DNA of 64,000 bases, from NCBI GenBank assembly GCA_977030845.1, contig OZ365112.1, positions 6,448,001 through 6,512,000 of the forward strand. The letters run 5' to 3'. Positions 23,301 through 38,657 of the stretch are shown in pieces; the first letter of the stretch is position 1, and the number at the start of each line of letters is the position of its first letter. The DNA comes from Fimbriosthenelais zetlandica (lineage: Eukaryota). The translations under genes were made by a program, and so were the position numbers. The notes under the pieces are model-generated. The model made no database searches, had not been told where the DNA came from, and saw only the letters and a list, made by a program, of their open reading frames with translations.

Positions 23301-26300
23301 CGACAGGGACGGTCTGTGCCATTTCCTGAATCTGTTAATGCACTTTTAGTGGATGTTTTGCTTCCTGTTGTACACAGTTCAAGCATTATGCTAGGCTGCA
23401 GCTTTTAAGCACATGAAACAACTGTTTAAAACAACTTCACAGAAGTTGTCTCTTTTTCTAGAGGTTTATACAATCCCTGGAAGTACCTTTCAAAGTTTTG
23501 CAAAACGAAAAGTTCCTCTCTTATGGGGTTACACTTCACCTACATGTGAGTGCATACCAAAACCACAATGAAGCTGTTTTAAAATACCGCTTTTTGAAAT
23601 GTGCTTTCACAATTTTTGGTTTAATGCCTGCAGTTCTATGCACAGAAATGAAAAATGTAAATTGATTTCTCTGCTTGAAGTACAGAAATTTAATATTAAT
23701 GCACCTGATGATACAAATCTGTTTTTGTTTCGATTAAATAATCTTTTATCCAAATTGCATCTTCCAGTATAGTGGTAAAGAAAGAGGAAAGGCCGTTTAT
23801 GTAGCAAAGAAACAAAGAAAATCACTCTATGTTCTTCGATATTGTTCTGTTTCTCAAAACTAGTTTCAGAGGCCTGTTTATGGGACAGAGCTAGATTGCC
23901 CTGGGGAATGATATTCCTTGTGAATTTCCATTTACATGGCTGAGCGCACACCTTTCGTGATATTTCCTGGAAAAAGATATTAAATGGCCACATTCTCTCC
24001 GCTTGCATTACATCCAGTTGAAATTCCGGGTTAATCAAAGTCATATCTTATTATACGCCTAGGGGATTTTTGCATCGAAGCAACTTTTGTATCCCAGAGG
24101 ATTAACAAGATTGGAGAAAGAAAGTGCTCAGCTGGAAGGGGCCTCTTTACGCCAGATCGAACAGTAAAATGTGTTTTCCTCAAAAATCCTCCCAGAAGCA
24201 TGTCTTGCAATCTGGTAATCTGGACTGCAGCTTGGCCGATAAAGCCAATTAAGTCTGTAACACAAGACCGGCTGATGGAAGGGGAAGTGGGGAAAACAAT
24301 CCAGGGTTGTTAATATGGCCCCGAAGATGACGAGTTATTGGTTTACGTTCCAGCACACCTGGCCCCACCGCAAGGATGTGCAACTGTCAAATCGTGTTAG
24401 TTCACCGGGCCGTATCGTACTTTAAAAGCACCATGCTTAACTAGGAGGAGACCACAGAAAGAGAGGGAGACCGGGGAGACAGCCTCAGCCTGTCTGTCAG
24501 TTCTAAAGGTAATACAAACTAGAACGAATTAAATCATAAAATGTGAATACATACTTGTTAGTCTAGGATTTAGTTAAAATATTCCAGAAAATATGATGTT
24601 CAACTAAATGGCTTCATGATGGAAATATGAGAGGAGGATTCTATATTCATCCCCGCTGACGTTAAGTCATTTTACTGCGGATCATTTTAACAATTTTTAG
24701 ATGTACATCTCCTGTAACTGAAAACAGGAAGACAGTTTTTAACATAGTAATCTGACAAGCTTCAAAAGAATCCCTACAACTTCCTACTAGTATTAGGCAA
24801 AATGTTTCCACTTCTTCAATTTCTACTCTATCATCATGAAACAGAACTGGTGGCAGAAAATGTTCCATTTTTATAAGCCTTGCTCTGAGAAGATAAATCA
24901 CCATCCACTCCGACAAACAAAGTGAACATCTAAAGTTAATTTAGATGAACTTGGATAAGCTTGATAGCACTGCAGCTTTAATTACGTGCAATCAGAAAAA
25001 GCAGGGAATTAAGATTTGCCCATTCATAGTTTTCCTAACAGCACCAATGATTTTCTAATCATCCAGACCAAATTACCACCAGGACGTGCAATCACGACAA
25101 CAAGGGGCGTGGGAATATACAATTACAGGCATCACAAACGGCCTTCCTCCTCTCAGGAGTCGACGTCATTAGAAAACTCTCTCCCTTCTTTCCTTCAATA
25201 TTATTCTAAGAACTTCATGCTTCTCAGGATTTCCAAAATGGCAGTTTTCTATGACAAACAGGATTCCTGCGCTCGCGGGTAAAGAAATTGTATATCTGTC
25301 ACCCTTGCAGGAATAACCGCGTGTATTCCTGCAAGACATCAGGGTTATAATGGTATCCCAGTGAACTGGAGAAGCCTGGTCAGAGGACTGGCCTTATTTG
25401 AAGGGTGAAGCCAGTTTAAACAATGTCTAATGTAAGAACGTTGTCCAAAGACAGGCCGGGAAGGCAGTCCGCACACAGCTCCAACACATGAACAATGGTG
25501 GTCTGAAGTAACAGAGCTGGCCCCGCATTCTTCGGGTGAGTGTTTTGAGTAACCTGACCCGCTCTAGAGTCACTCTGAGCAACTGATTTGGACCAAATTC
25601 AGTCCTCTAAGGATGGAGAGGATCGCCGAGATAACACTTAGGGGCTAATCTAAGTGACAGAGCTCGGGAAACTATGGCAGCTATGGATTCTCTATGTCTC
25701 CCTTATTATATTACGGGTACAAGCTTTCTAACCCCAGGGAGGGTGGCAAGGGCGAGATGGATAATGGGGAGGGTGAATTGGCTGATACGAAGGGGCTCTG
25801 CCAGACAGCTCATGCCAGATGGATCATCTCGATTAGCCGCCCAGCTCTAAGAGGACCCACAAAGATCTGCCCATATATATTTTTCTCCCCACGTGCCATT
25901 ATAAGGGGTGATTAATTGCGCCCTTGCTTTGCTTTTCGACCTGAATATACAATGCCATGGCGGGAGATAGCCCTCTTCTATAATACAGATGAATATCTGA
26001 TTCTCTCCTCTCAGTCTTCTACGTTCCCCGCATGCGTTTGTTCAACAATAGAAGACATTTTATTACTCAAGCGGGCGTATCAAGAAACAGGCTAACAAAT
26101 AACACTCCAAATAGGTAGACCTCGAATAACTTTGTCTGTCCTGTATGTATAAGATGTGTCCGAGATCCTATTACGTTGCATCCTGTATTTTAAATCCCTA
26201 ATTATTTTCAAGCATTATCCATTGAAAATGCTTTCAAAATGTCGGATAACAAAAGTGGAAACTTTTTATAATGCTGCAAAAAGCTTAGAAGGGATGGACA

Positions 26301-29300
26301 ATAGACTACGAGTGAAAGGGCGGAAGTATACTTCCTGACAAATATTCAAATTTTAATTTTGAACTCGAGCCAAAAATTGTTCTGAAAGAAAAGTGGAAAA
26401 GCTTTCAGGAGAAAGGCATTAAAGTTTGGTTTTTAAGCCATCCTTGCTCCATCAAGGGCGGGAAGGATCATCTGGTCGTTGTGCAAATCTTTTCAAGCAG
26501 ACAGCATAATGTCTGAATTTCTCGCCGGCTTTTTTTATTTCAAGGGAATCCTGAGAAAGCAGTGATCCTCAGAGTTGGAATCGAACGAAGATTACACAGA
26601 TTGCTATCAGGTCTATCTGACGCATCTGTCGCCTTACTCTGATTTAGTAAATCTGACTGGGAGGGATGGGATCTGTTCTTACTTCTTGTTTGATGTCTTT
26701 TCTCTCTGTGTTGGAGGCTACTCATCTGGACGGGGGTCGTTGGGTGGAAAACACGCTGGTTTCTCACAAGTGTTGCTTCATCGCTTGATCAGCTCAAGCT
26801 GGCTCAGAACATGCGTTTAGCTCCTCAATCCTCGGCTTCTTCAGGGGGATATCCTTCTAATTGACATCCAATTGAATGTTTTCAAGGATTGGCCGAGGAG
26901 GGGGTTGGGAGCATTTTTTTAGGAGGGGGCGGGGGGGGGGGATTTTAACGGGGTTGGTGTGGTGTGGTGTGTTGAACATGGTGGTGGTTTTGGAGATGAG
27001 AGTATAAAGGGGGGTGCCTCAGACTCTCTTGTGTTTATCCATGACTATGATTAGCGCCAGGATAAGTGGCTGGCCAGCTCAGTGGGCGCACCCATTCTGC
27101 ACTGGGCCGAGAAGCCAGAGCCAGCTCTCACGCCATTCGACCATCAAATCATTCCAATCGAACAGGCTTCATCAAGGTTTTCTTTCAGGCGTCCCGTCGC
27201 ATCTGCAACTTTGTGAAATCGAATTGCCGCTGTGAATTGGGGGAGTGGCGTCCGGGCCTGGTACGGTAATGAACGATAGATAGGCCCCACTCACTGCTGG
27301 TGACAATCGCCCTTCCTCACCAGCCATCCCGACCCATACGATCCCCGTACTGTCAAGGAAATGATTTCCCTAGCTATTTTTTTCGCAGACACCCTTGATT
27401 GTGTTCGTATAAGGCCTGTCCGAAGTGCCATGCAGCCCGGCTGAGATGGTGGATTGGCAAGCCGCACGAGGCAGTGCAGCCACAAAAGTGATATCTGTGA
27501 TTTGCCTATAAGAATGCAATTGTGCGACCATCAGATCACATGGGCAGGTAATGAAATCGGTAAACACTCTGCAGATAGTGTTGACGTACCTCTCTATGTC
27601 ACAAAAAGAGAGAGCCAGCATTTCCCACATCTATAAAACTTCTAGCACAGGATCGGGTGTGCTCGGTTTGATATGAGTGTCACTGAGGTGAATTGCTCGG
27701 GATTTGCAATGTAATGTAAAAAGGCTTTTCATCAGAAGCAATATTTACGTTACCATATACTCAAGTAATATATATTTTCTGATAACTACAACAGTTCTGC
27801 AATAAAGCCTGAAAAAGTTGCATCAATACTGAAGCATATGATGACATATTAACAATAATGTTCAATCATGCATAAAATATCTTTATGAATCCTCTATGTC
27901 CATTTCCAATATTTGCTGGTAAGATCCAGGATATTGATCTTCATCAGGATATGGGTTATCAATGCTAACATATGGTTACTATAGGTAACCCTTCCTAACA
28001 CACCAAAGTACATTACTTTGTGCTGGTTTAGCATCTATATAGCCTGACAAATTAACATAATGCTCTTGCTCTATCCTGTCTAATTCAGCGGACTTAACAC
28101 AATCGTTCTTCATAGGTCATTGTATCTTCAAGCTGGTAAATAACTCTCACATACCACCGTGATGCATTGTGGGCCACGGGCAAATGTCAAACGTCCTCTA
28201 CAGATATATATGGCCCTGTTTGTCTTAGAATAGGTCAGCTATTTGACATTGTAACAGGAGGGAATCGAGGATGGCACACATCCCACATCCAACGGCTCCA
28301 AAGATCACCATGATGGTATACACTCGTATATCATGTCTTATCAGATGGTGGAGTGGAGGAATAAGAAGTCTAAAATACATCTGTATCTCACAATTCGATG
28401 ACTATCTTCTCACTTTAATCTCACAGTGGTGTGAAGCGAATAACTCGGATGCCCGTTGTCACATTGGCAAGGAATACCCAGCCTTTGCCTTTCGATTTAC
28501 CAGGGGCCAAAAGAAGCCATGTGGGCTTCGCATAGGAAGCCAGCAAAATGATATTAGTATTGAGCGGCTGGAAATAACTACACAGTATGTATGGCAGAGA
28601 CTATTTTGCAGATCCTCTTAATATCATATTAAATATGAAGCTAGGGCGTGGTAGATGGTACCATCCAGGGAGGATATTCTCCGAAGTGATATGATACAGA
28701 GAGTTGAAGAAAAGTATGACAAAAATATTGTTCTGCAGTAAAGTGTTATTGGGGGTCATGCTGTTTCGTATGAATAAGTGAAGTCAAGATCCTTCATCAA
28801 TTTGAGGACGAAAAATTTCAGAAGGAGCATGTCTAGTGACAAATTAGAGAGGCTTTGGTCTGATCCTGGCTGAAGATTGTACACATGGGATTACCAGGAA
28901 GGAGGAGCAACAAGGAGATTAGAGGATTTTTCTCTCTGATAGTGGATTCTTTTGTTTCACGTGGAAACTATTGACGGGATGGTCTATTACACAAACCTGT
29001 TTCCCCTTGAGTCTAGCTTGTAGGTATGTGGAATAAAAACCGTCGCTGCTCTATATCAATTTATTCCCCTTCTAAGCGGCGTCTTCGATATCTAGGAGAA
29101 TATTTTTGTCTTCGCGTAATGCATCATAACCTGTGAAATGACTTTCCAACATTTGAGAATTGAATATAGAGATTCTACAGTAGTTAGGATAATTGAAAGC
29201 TAATGAAAAATGACCTTTAAATAATATATCCTCCCTGAAAGCATCTCTGAGTCTAATCCAACAATCATTGTAAAATTTACAATGTGGAGTTGTTTCGAAG

Positions 29301-32300
29301 TTCCACATCAATTATGGAAACTATGAACATTGGGCAAACTCAGACATATAGGCCTGCTATGTTTAAATTCATATATCTCACTGCAGTATTGAAGAAAAAT
29401 GAATTCCTTCTAACAATTCCCAGCCTTGTAATGATGCGTCCATTAGCTTTAGGATTAGGTTTAGCCACATATTTCAGTACTTAGGATCACACCTACTATG
29501 AAGATGGATAAAGCATCTGGCGGCCCTAATATATAGGCTTTACCTCATGGTACAAAGCCACCGATATATAGGTGCTCAAGCTATTGATTCCAACTTGGCC
29601 TAGGGGATAATTGAAACAAAATCAATCTACTCGCGTGAACAAGTGCATTCTGAATGAAGGGGAGTATGGAATGATCAAAGTAAGGATATACATAACTACT
29701 ACCACCGTCCTACATTATATGAGTATACGACCAGAACAGCATGGATGCGTGGAAGACCCCTTAAGTATGAAAACAGGGATGGTATTTAAATATGAATCAT
29801 ATATGGAACACCTTCTTAATTGAGTTAATCTCACCTTTGTATAAGGTGCGTGCACTTATAATATTATATTCTTTCATCAGAAAATGGCTGAAAAATGATG
29901 CGACAGTGTGAATCTATAAATTATAGACAAATTGTCATATTCAAAATGCCTACTTTGCAATTTTCCCTTGTCTGACACATCAAGGGGACTGGATCAACTC
30001 CTAACCTATTGTATTCATATTCATTCGTGATTAATTAATAAAAAGACATTCATTTGTTCCTTCACTCGTCAAAGCCTTTGTTTCTACACCTTTTACAAAA
30101 GATGCATCATTTATCAAAGAATTGTTTTATATTGGATAAACTATGCCTCCAATATTACATCCCAGTGTCAGCAGTGACAGTGAAATATTCACTATTACCA
30201 TATTACCCCATCTGCCATTTTACTTTAAACATATTGATTTGGACACAACCAGTTTTGGGCCCGGTCAATGCGGGGCGGTTTAACTTGCCATGCACTATTC
30301 TAGCATGTTCTCTTGCCCAATCCTGCTGAAACTTGGCTTATCGATCACACCTAGAGCACAGCTCTCTGCATGGCATGTGGCACTTTCAACAAATATTTTC
30401 AAAACTTTTTACTTTTAACTCCTAGATCTGCCAACATGCTTAAATGCACCTGAACAGCTCTTGCTACAATACTGCCCCGAAAGGGTAAACTGATGCATTA
30501 CTTTGTCATACAAAGGTAAATTAATCTGAGATATCTGAATCATAAAAGATCAGTAAAGTCCCTGTATGAACAGATTAAAAATGTACTACAGCTCTCAATT
30601 CATTATTAGTTGTAATAAGCTGGCAGATTTTAAGGAATTAAAGGAATTTAAAGGAGGATCTTCACAGATTTATACGCAAGCCAAGCAATCGCAGTACAAA
30701 CGCCCAAGTGTAATGCAAAATTATTGACCTGCCAACGATTGTTTTATGCCTATGCAATTAGAAACATGTCATTTATTGTTTTGGCCTTTTCGTATGGGGA
30801 AAGTTCGCGGGCGCAGCACCTATACCTTAGCCCAGTCATTAGGTGCTTTTTCCCCCACTGTGGGACTCCAGGGTTGTGCTGAGCTGGCGAGGCTATAGGC
30901 CTCCAGCGGCCGCTAATCAAAGTCCCAGAGTTGGCTGTGGCCCAGGCGAAGTTAAAGCTTTCCCCGGTAGGGGCGGGTGTGTCTCACAGCTTCTATGGTG
31001 TGGAGGGGTTACTGGAATAATGTGGGCTACACTTATAATGTTACCTACAAGGTAGATATGTATATTATCTGTGGTATAGAAAAAACTATCAATTGTATAG
31101 GGAGATGATAGCTGATAGACCTTGAAAGTATGAAATGCGATGAATTGGATACATGTTTGAAAAAAATATTCATGCTGCACTTGAAACCATGTCCAGGGCT
31201 GAATTCCCAGGCACTGTTTCAGGATAAAAGCTATATCAACTGGGAATTTCAGTAGAGTTGTATCAAGCCTTCTATATTGTATCCTTTGATACACGTATGA
31301 GCGTTGGATATGGGTTCGTATTTCGAACGAAATAACAACAGTTTATTAATAGGGACAGGGTCGTTCCTGTTTCAGTAAGATAAAACGAAACAAAGACTTC
31401 TGCGAATTGATGCGTTTTCAAAAGTAAGTCAGCCAATCTTGGACTGTGTTTACGAATGGAATTCAACGATTAGAAAAGCACCCCAGGGAAAAACCTCACA
31501 CAGATAGGCCAACCCTTATATAGGCAAATGATTGCTGTTATGTATTGAAACAAAGAGGTTTTAAAACCCGAGTCAGTGAAGGGGGTGGGTTTATGTTCTA
31601 AGCCTTTACAAAGATTAGCTTATACTGGATGTGAGTTACGACTGACAGGTATATAACTCACACAAATTGCCTTCTGTTCTGTCATACAGCCCGGCCTGGC
31701 CCCTCAATGTTATCTCCCGTCCTGCCCAGATTTATGTCTTTCAACTTTCTGTAGTTCAGTCCCGCACAGCCGCCAACTTTTCATATTACCATGACATATC
31801 TACCGATTTATGCCAGCATGGCATTCTTTATCAAAGCATTAAGTGAAAATTCATTAATGTCCCAACCGTTTACTGCCTAGTATAACGATGCTTGCATAAC
31901 ATTATCCCCCTTGATTCAATTCAGAGGAAATGTATGAAAGGGCGGTCATGGCATAGCCCAAAGCATGCCTTAAATGGTTACATAAATATTTCCCACGCCA
32001 AGGTAAAGTGTTATATTGAAGAGACATGGATGTGAGAGTTTGGACTGAAAGCCTGCGAAACAAAGCAGCAATAGCTTGTTAGGTCAGCCCAGTTAAACAT
32101 GCCAGCAGCCATTTTGATATAGGCTGATTACACATGCTCGGTTAAGCGTCACATTCTCCCGCCCAATGCTTTAAGAAGTGATATCTTCCCAATTGCAGGA
32201 TGCACGGAATAGACGGTAGGCATTAAACAATTTGCTATATTCCAGACCTTTACGAGTCAAGGAAGCAATGTAATGCATGCATTAAAAACTAAACACTTTC

Positions 32301-35300
32301 CGGTGTGAGCTAAATGTCAAATCTCAATCATGAACAGTTTGTGAACTGTTGTTTCGTTAATATTATGCAGTAGAGAAGAGATCCAGGCTAAGAGTAGGAT
32401 TTCATATGAGGTCAAACCTGAACAACTGTCACCGGTTGACAGTGACAGTTAAATGTACATGGTACTTACACTCAACCCCTCACAGTGGGGAACTGATGCA
32501 AATTCAATTGATGGAGGGGTGTTTATTACTATAATCTCTCCTTACATTGTGAATTATTCATGACAAATGCCAGGAGAAGCGTGCAACATAATGGGTGTGG
32601 TGACACGCCCAAATGTGTGTCTTCCTGAAGCTTTTCCTCAAAATGTAAACGGCCGTATGAGAGCATAAAGTAGATGTCAAAAGGAAGAGTAAAAACTTTC
32701 ATTTCCACAGATGAGGCAAGGAACCTTTCCTTACCATTTCAGTTTTTTATTAATAGTACAATTATTTCGCAGTGATGGTTAAAATATTGCATGTTTAGCA
32801 GAGGCGGGCACAGTGCACATTTTGTATTGGTTTGGGATTTCCAATGCACAATGCATGATTCAAGCCATTACCATGGCATCAGAAAAAGTCATGATTTAAT
32901 CCTTATTTTCTTCCCGGCGTTTCCTATCTGGCGGGAGAAAATGTTGAAAATAAATGCATGTAACGGCCGAGCAAGAAGCTTAAGATCAGTATTTGTTTGG
33001 CAAATCTTGACACAGATATTATCTGACAAACACACAGGGGTGCTTCTGGATTTAATCAGGTAATAGATGAATACAGTTCCATAGCGTGCGTTAAGAAGTG
33101 AATAAAAATTAATTTAAATAATGACAGAGCCATGACGAAGTACCTCTTCTTAACGGTTTAGACTAAAGTAAAATATTCCATGAAGGCATGAAATTTCATT
33201 ATTTTGGAATCATCATCAGCCATACTCGTGAGTGACGCCCCATTTTTTATAATTATCTGATCCATTTTGTGGGGGAGGATTTCAGAAATAATCAGATAAT
33301 ATAATGAAATTAATGCTATAGAAGTAGTGACCTGCACTGAGTTGTATGAAGTCTGACGGCTCACTTTACAGTCACTGCTAACAGGAGAACATCCATTTTT
33401 AGCAATGTATAACAAGAAAACCAGGCACTCAAAAAGTTGTCTATCATTATTACTGCACCAAAATTAGCTATAAAGCGAGTTTATGGATTGTACCATTTAG
33501 CTACTGAAGCAGGGTACTGCAGCAGGTCTAAGTACCTTACAGTCATTAAAGGGTGCTTGTACTGCCGGTGGTAAAACGACCTCTACAGACACGAGTCCTG
33601 GCTATATATATTAGCGCCATCAACATGTTATAGGGGGGCTATATGGGCAGGCGCCCCCCCCCAATCCTATCTCCCCACCATCCAAAATACTAACCCAAAC
33701 CTTCAGGTGTAGCCCCTGAAACCTACTCAACACATTTCAATCTATAGATTGTACATATATTCTAGAGCACATGCACCTAGAAATATCCATTGCACAGAAG
33801 GCAATGTAGTATTGCACATAGAAAGAGCCCCCAGCTGAAAATCATACGAGAAACTTGAGTAATCAAGAGTGTGAGCTGGTATTCACCCATAACAGGCTCT
33901 ATAAAAATTCTAACTAAAAAAATAAATTAAAAAAAAAATGAACATTTCCACATATTGAAACTTATTTTCATACTCGGCCAAAATGTTCGTCCCCCCCCCC
34001 CCCCCACCTCCCTGTTATAACTCAAGGTTATCCGCCGCAGTAAGACATTCCTGCTTGGGTCCACCCTCGTATTAGATGTGACTAAATGAGACCGGGGGGA
34101 GGGCTGTCTAGTGTCAGACCAACTCCCCCGAGGAGACTTCCTGTCCTTGGGCAGAGGCGACAGAGAGACTCAAAGCCACTCCTCCTATAATATTTTTGGG
34201 AAAGGATTTAGCCAAAAGGTCAAAGAGTGCTTGTCACTGGTGGTGGTGCTTTCCTGTATGGCCTCAGGAAAGGTAGAGCTTGGTGACTGACTTTAAATTA
34301 GTAATTATGCCACTTTACCTGTCACTGATCCACCTAGAAGCCTCAGTCCCACTATATACTATTGCCAAATCACATAATTCCTATTAGAATGTCACTCATA
34401 TTAGAATGGCTTATTGGCTTGTCAACGTGCATGTAATATATATATATTGTGTGAGGTTCTAGTAGGAAATCTACACAGTTGAGGGGAGTACCTGAGTCTT
34501 TTGACATCGGATAAAGTCGCTAATGTGACAACATCATGTCTCCAGTGATGAAATTGTAGACACGGTAACAGAATCAGTAGCTAGCTAGCCTAACCGTTTT
34601 CACATGTAGGTCTATATAATATCATTCAGCTGCAGCTGCTGTAAATAGGTTAAACAAAAACCTTTTGACAAGGAAACCGTTTTCATATTAGTATTAAGGA
34701 CAGTCTGAACATCAGACAAATGAGGCCTTTGTGTTATTTCCAAAGTCTTTTAAATTAAAAGAAGCTAGTGTTGAATCGAAACTTGGGATGAAGAAAATGA
34801 AGAGTGGAGATTCATCAGTAGGAAATGTCATGGGGAAAGGAAAACCTATGTCCATGCCATATCATCTTACATGAGGATAACAAATTACAAATCTAAAGTA
34901 TGTATAGATCAATATATGTCTGTATTAAACGGAGAAGAAAAGAGAAAGAATGGCAATTAATCGATGCAATACTAGACAGCCAAAGTACCTAAACTCGGTT
35001 TTAACAATAACAAATTATAAAAAGCCTTCTGCTATACCGGAAAGATCATGCAATCATTGGATAGGCCATCTGAGGAAAAGTATCTAATGAAATAAATACC
35101 CTGCTCAAGTCTTGTAATGTTTAAGTAGTACACGCAAAAGGTATTTAGTCGATGGTAGCTGTTGTTAGTGTTATGTTCACAGCATAAGTGGTCTACAGCA
35201 AGCTGAAGCTTGCCGGGATTACATACACCTAGCTGAATGTGAGAAGCGTGGATCAAGGCGAGATAAGATGACAGGTGTGCCTACTTTCAGGAACCGTATT

Positions 35301-38300
35301 TTTTTGTATCTGAGCAACTCACTACATCTCTAGGAGCTGCTCTCACCAACAGCAGTGCTGCCACCTCGAGGGGCTGCCATGAACTAAGCACTGCTGGCTT
35401 GGAACTTCCTTTCCTACGCAGACAGTGGAGCCTTATGATTCGACACGCGGAGTGGGAACCGAGCAACATTCATCCGAATTGTTTTAAGGGAAATATTTTA
35501 AATTGAAGATTCATCTTCTGGGTTTTATCTGAGATGATCTTGATGCAAATTGCGGTGGTATTCTTGCAGCTGTCAGGTGGTTGTCTTGGCTGCTTCAAGC
35601 ATTCCATTACAAGGAGATTAGTGGTACTGGTGGCGTCATGCTGTGAGACGGGGTCGAATCAGAGAGAGCTGCCATCCAAGAGCTTTCACCCCCGCTTTTA
35701 TCTCTGACCCTGTAAACTGCCACCTGTCGGCTTGAAAAGGCCATCCACATACATAAAGACACGCACACCTTCTATTGCCATGAATATGTATAAAGCATCC
35801 CAACACTATTTTTAGCTTTTAAGCAAAAATAACCCCTGGAGTGATGGGAAGGAAGGGAAGCAAAAGGGTGAGGAGCTATAGTTTTTATGTTTACTTGCTT
35901 TCAATCACTCATTACCCAGCCCTGAAAGCATCATTTCCTAGTGAAAGTGCACACACCTCCATTAAGCCCATCCCTGGGGGCTCTTGTCCTGTATAGATCC
36001 AGGTGATGATAGATCATATACGTTGTCAAAAGTGATATCCTTAAAGCTAGCCTGGGCCTTGGTTGTGTTTCAATAAATCGGCAAGACAAAAGGTTGAGGG
36101 TAGTCAGACGGGCCTGTCAAGGAAAGCCTGGTGGTTCCATCAGTATCAGCATTCCCTCATAGTGGGACTCTACTCCGAGCACCAGGTGCAAATGATGGAT
36201 GACTGACGAGAACCTCAGTACCTGTCACGGCTGATTTTATTCAGTCACCAGTCTTCTAACCCGATCCTTATACCTATATCCATGGCCAAGACTTAAGTGG
36301 AGAGACAAGCCAAATGCAGGGGGGTAGATATCATGACAAGCGTCCTAGATCTATACGGTATTCTCCATAGCGATGCGAGGATCTCAAGTTGGTGTCAAAT
36401 TTGAGACTCGGGTTTGGCAGGAGTGGGATTTCTTGGGATTAGGGTCATTAGGAGAAATCAAAATGGAATGATTGACTTAATTATAATCATTATGTTATCA
36501 CTCATATGAAACTGTCAAATAGACAGCTCGTCAACCTTGAACATGGGGACAAAGCAAAGGCAACGGATTCAGCGGAAGTATGCATGTTTGCTTGGGTCCC
36601 CAGTGAGGCCCGTAGGTGCTACCCGGCACCTTGCCATGAACACCATGTAACTATCATCATTATATCCCCCACAGCCATCCATCTAATCTCCCATTCTCAC
36701 CCAGTTCCGTAACGCCATGCTTAAATACTTTACTGCATGCGTCTAATTGCTAATTACTTATTTGCGCCAGCCTTTGTTTATACCTGAAAACAATTTACAG
36801 CTTGATTATCTGGAATGAACCAAGAAACCTGGCACGGATTCCTGGAAGGGTGACCTGGGTGGGAGCAATTGTTCTCTGATTAAAACATGGTCGGATTTGG
36901 CTGGGATCCAAGAGGAAGAGAAAAGAAGTGAGGACTCGATGAGAAACTGAAGAAAAAACCAGGAGATGTGAGAGATGATCAAGGAGAGGTAAGTCTGTAC
37001 AGTTGAGATGGCCATACCCGAAAGTTCCATGTGAAAGAGCAACACCTGGTGAAGGGAAAATAAGGCTGAGCTGACCAAGAGGAAACCTCCTGAGGGAAGA
37101 GGGAAGTAGAGCGAGGTGCTGGGAGCGAAGGTGGGGAGGGAGGGAGAGGGAACACCCTTGAGTACCACTCCAAGTATCTGTGGTAATCCCATTGGATTAT
37201 CACGCTGACAGATTGAGCGGCTAGAAGCCTTCGTCTTAATCCAGTGAAATCACTTCGTGACGAATAATCTGACAAATGTTCGAGAAACATCCATGAAAGG
37301 AAAAAAACCGTCCTCTCCTCCAATAATAGCATTGATTTCTTGGCGTGTGTGGGATTGGCTGGGTGAGGGAGAGGTCAGTTATTGGCGGTATAACTTCAGC
37401 AGGAGCTGTAAAACAGGGCATCATTTAATGAATTACAACATTGAATTCTTTCCTAATTTGTGGGCCAGCAATGGGTACAATGTCACAATCCATGTACTCT
37501 TAGGTCCATTTTATAGATCTAGTTATGGGATCAACTTAAAAAAGCATTATAGTATTAGTTGGAATCTTATCAAGATTGTGTTCAAAACACGGTACTCCTT
37601 TAATTAATTTTAAGGCTTTTTCCTCAAATGAAAATTCCAAAGTAGGATGAGGCTCCAAAAACCTAATGGACTATATTTGATTTGAGATCCTTGTGTGTCA
37701 AAAGAAGAACAGGCAATGGCTTGTTTGGGCATTATTTGTTCCTTACTTTTTAATATCAGTTCCTTTTCCAGGGATCAAAATCCAAATAACACAAGATGGA
37801 CTTAGTCAAAGAAGCAGCTTACTCACGACAAATTTAATAGAATGAAGCCCAATCAACCAGCTGGTCCGCAAGCGGAAATGAAGAAGCAGTTGGAATGTTT
37901 GATCCAATCGCGACAAAGCAATTTTGCGAGAGCCCAAACAGAGGTGACTGTCCCGACAATATTGCTGAGTGTTCCCTGCTATTTTTTTTCTGTCATCAGA
38001 ACTTTTTTCCATCTAAAATAAATTTCATTAGGTCTTCTCCTTCTGGCACTAATGAATTCCGTGGCCGTAAAGAAGCCCGGGTTCTATCTGACTGTGCATA
38101 TGATATGATGACACTGTTCTTAGGGACATGTCCAGGTTAATGCAGCCTGTATCGTGTTTAATGTAAAAATCCCGGGATAGAGCCAGACTCTGGGGGGATT
38201 CCTGGGGAAATGTCAGAGTACATGGGAGTAGATTCCATACTCCCTGCTGCCATATTTACCAGGCATCGGGGTATGTTCGCAAAATATATACATGTCATAA

Positions 38301-38456
38301 TAGACATCTTCCATCTACAAATCAGTTACCATCAGGGTATGTTTCGGCATCGCACAGCAGAAAATTAATATATTCTCCATCAACCCTTACAGAAATTCAA
38401 TGAAGACCAAAAAGAATAATATTCTTGTAACAGAAAAACATAGACACATAAATTCA

Positions 38457-38657
38457 TGTCTTTCTTCAAGCATCTGCCATAAACCCCTGCACCGAGTATC
38501 CAAGCCCATGGGGCCAAGCCATGACTTGGCTTCTACAAGTTCTGAGAGGGAATTTTTTGTCTTTCTTCAAGCATCTGCCATAAACCCCTGCACCGAGTAT
38601 CCAAGCCCATGGGGCCAAGCCATGACTTGGCTTCTACAAGTTCTGAGAGGGAATTTT
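38457..38657 (+). repeat. Perfect tandem duplication, period 101 bp
   Basis: TGTCTTTCTTCAAGCATCTGCC...CAAGTTCTGAGAGGGAATTTT starts at 38457 and 38558. I saw no mismatch over 100 bp. Confidence 0.95.
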
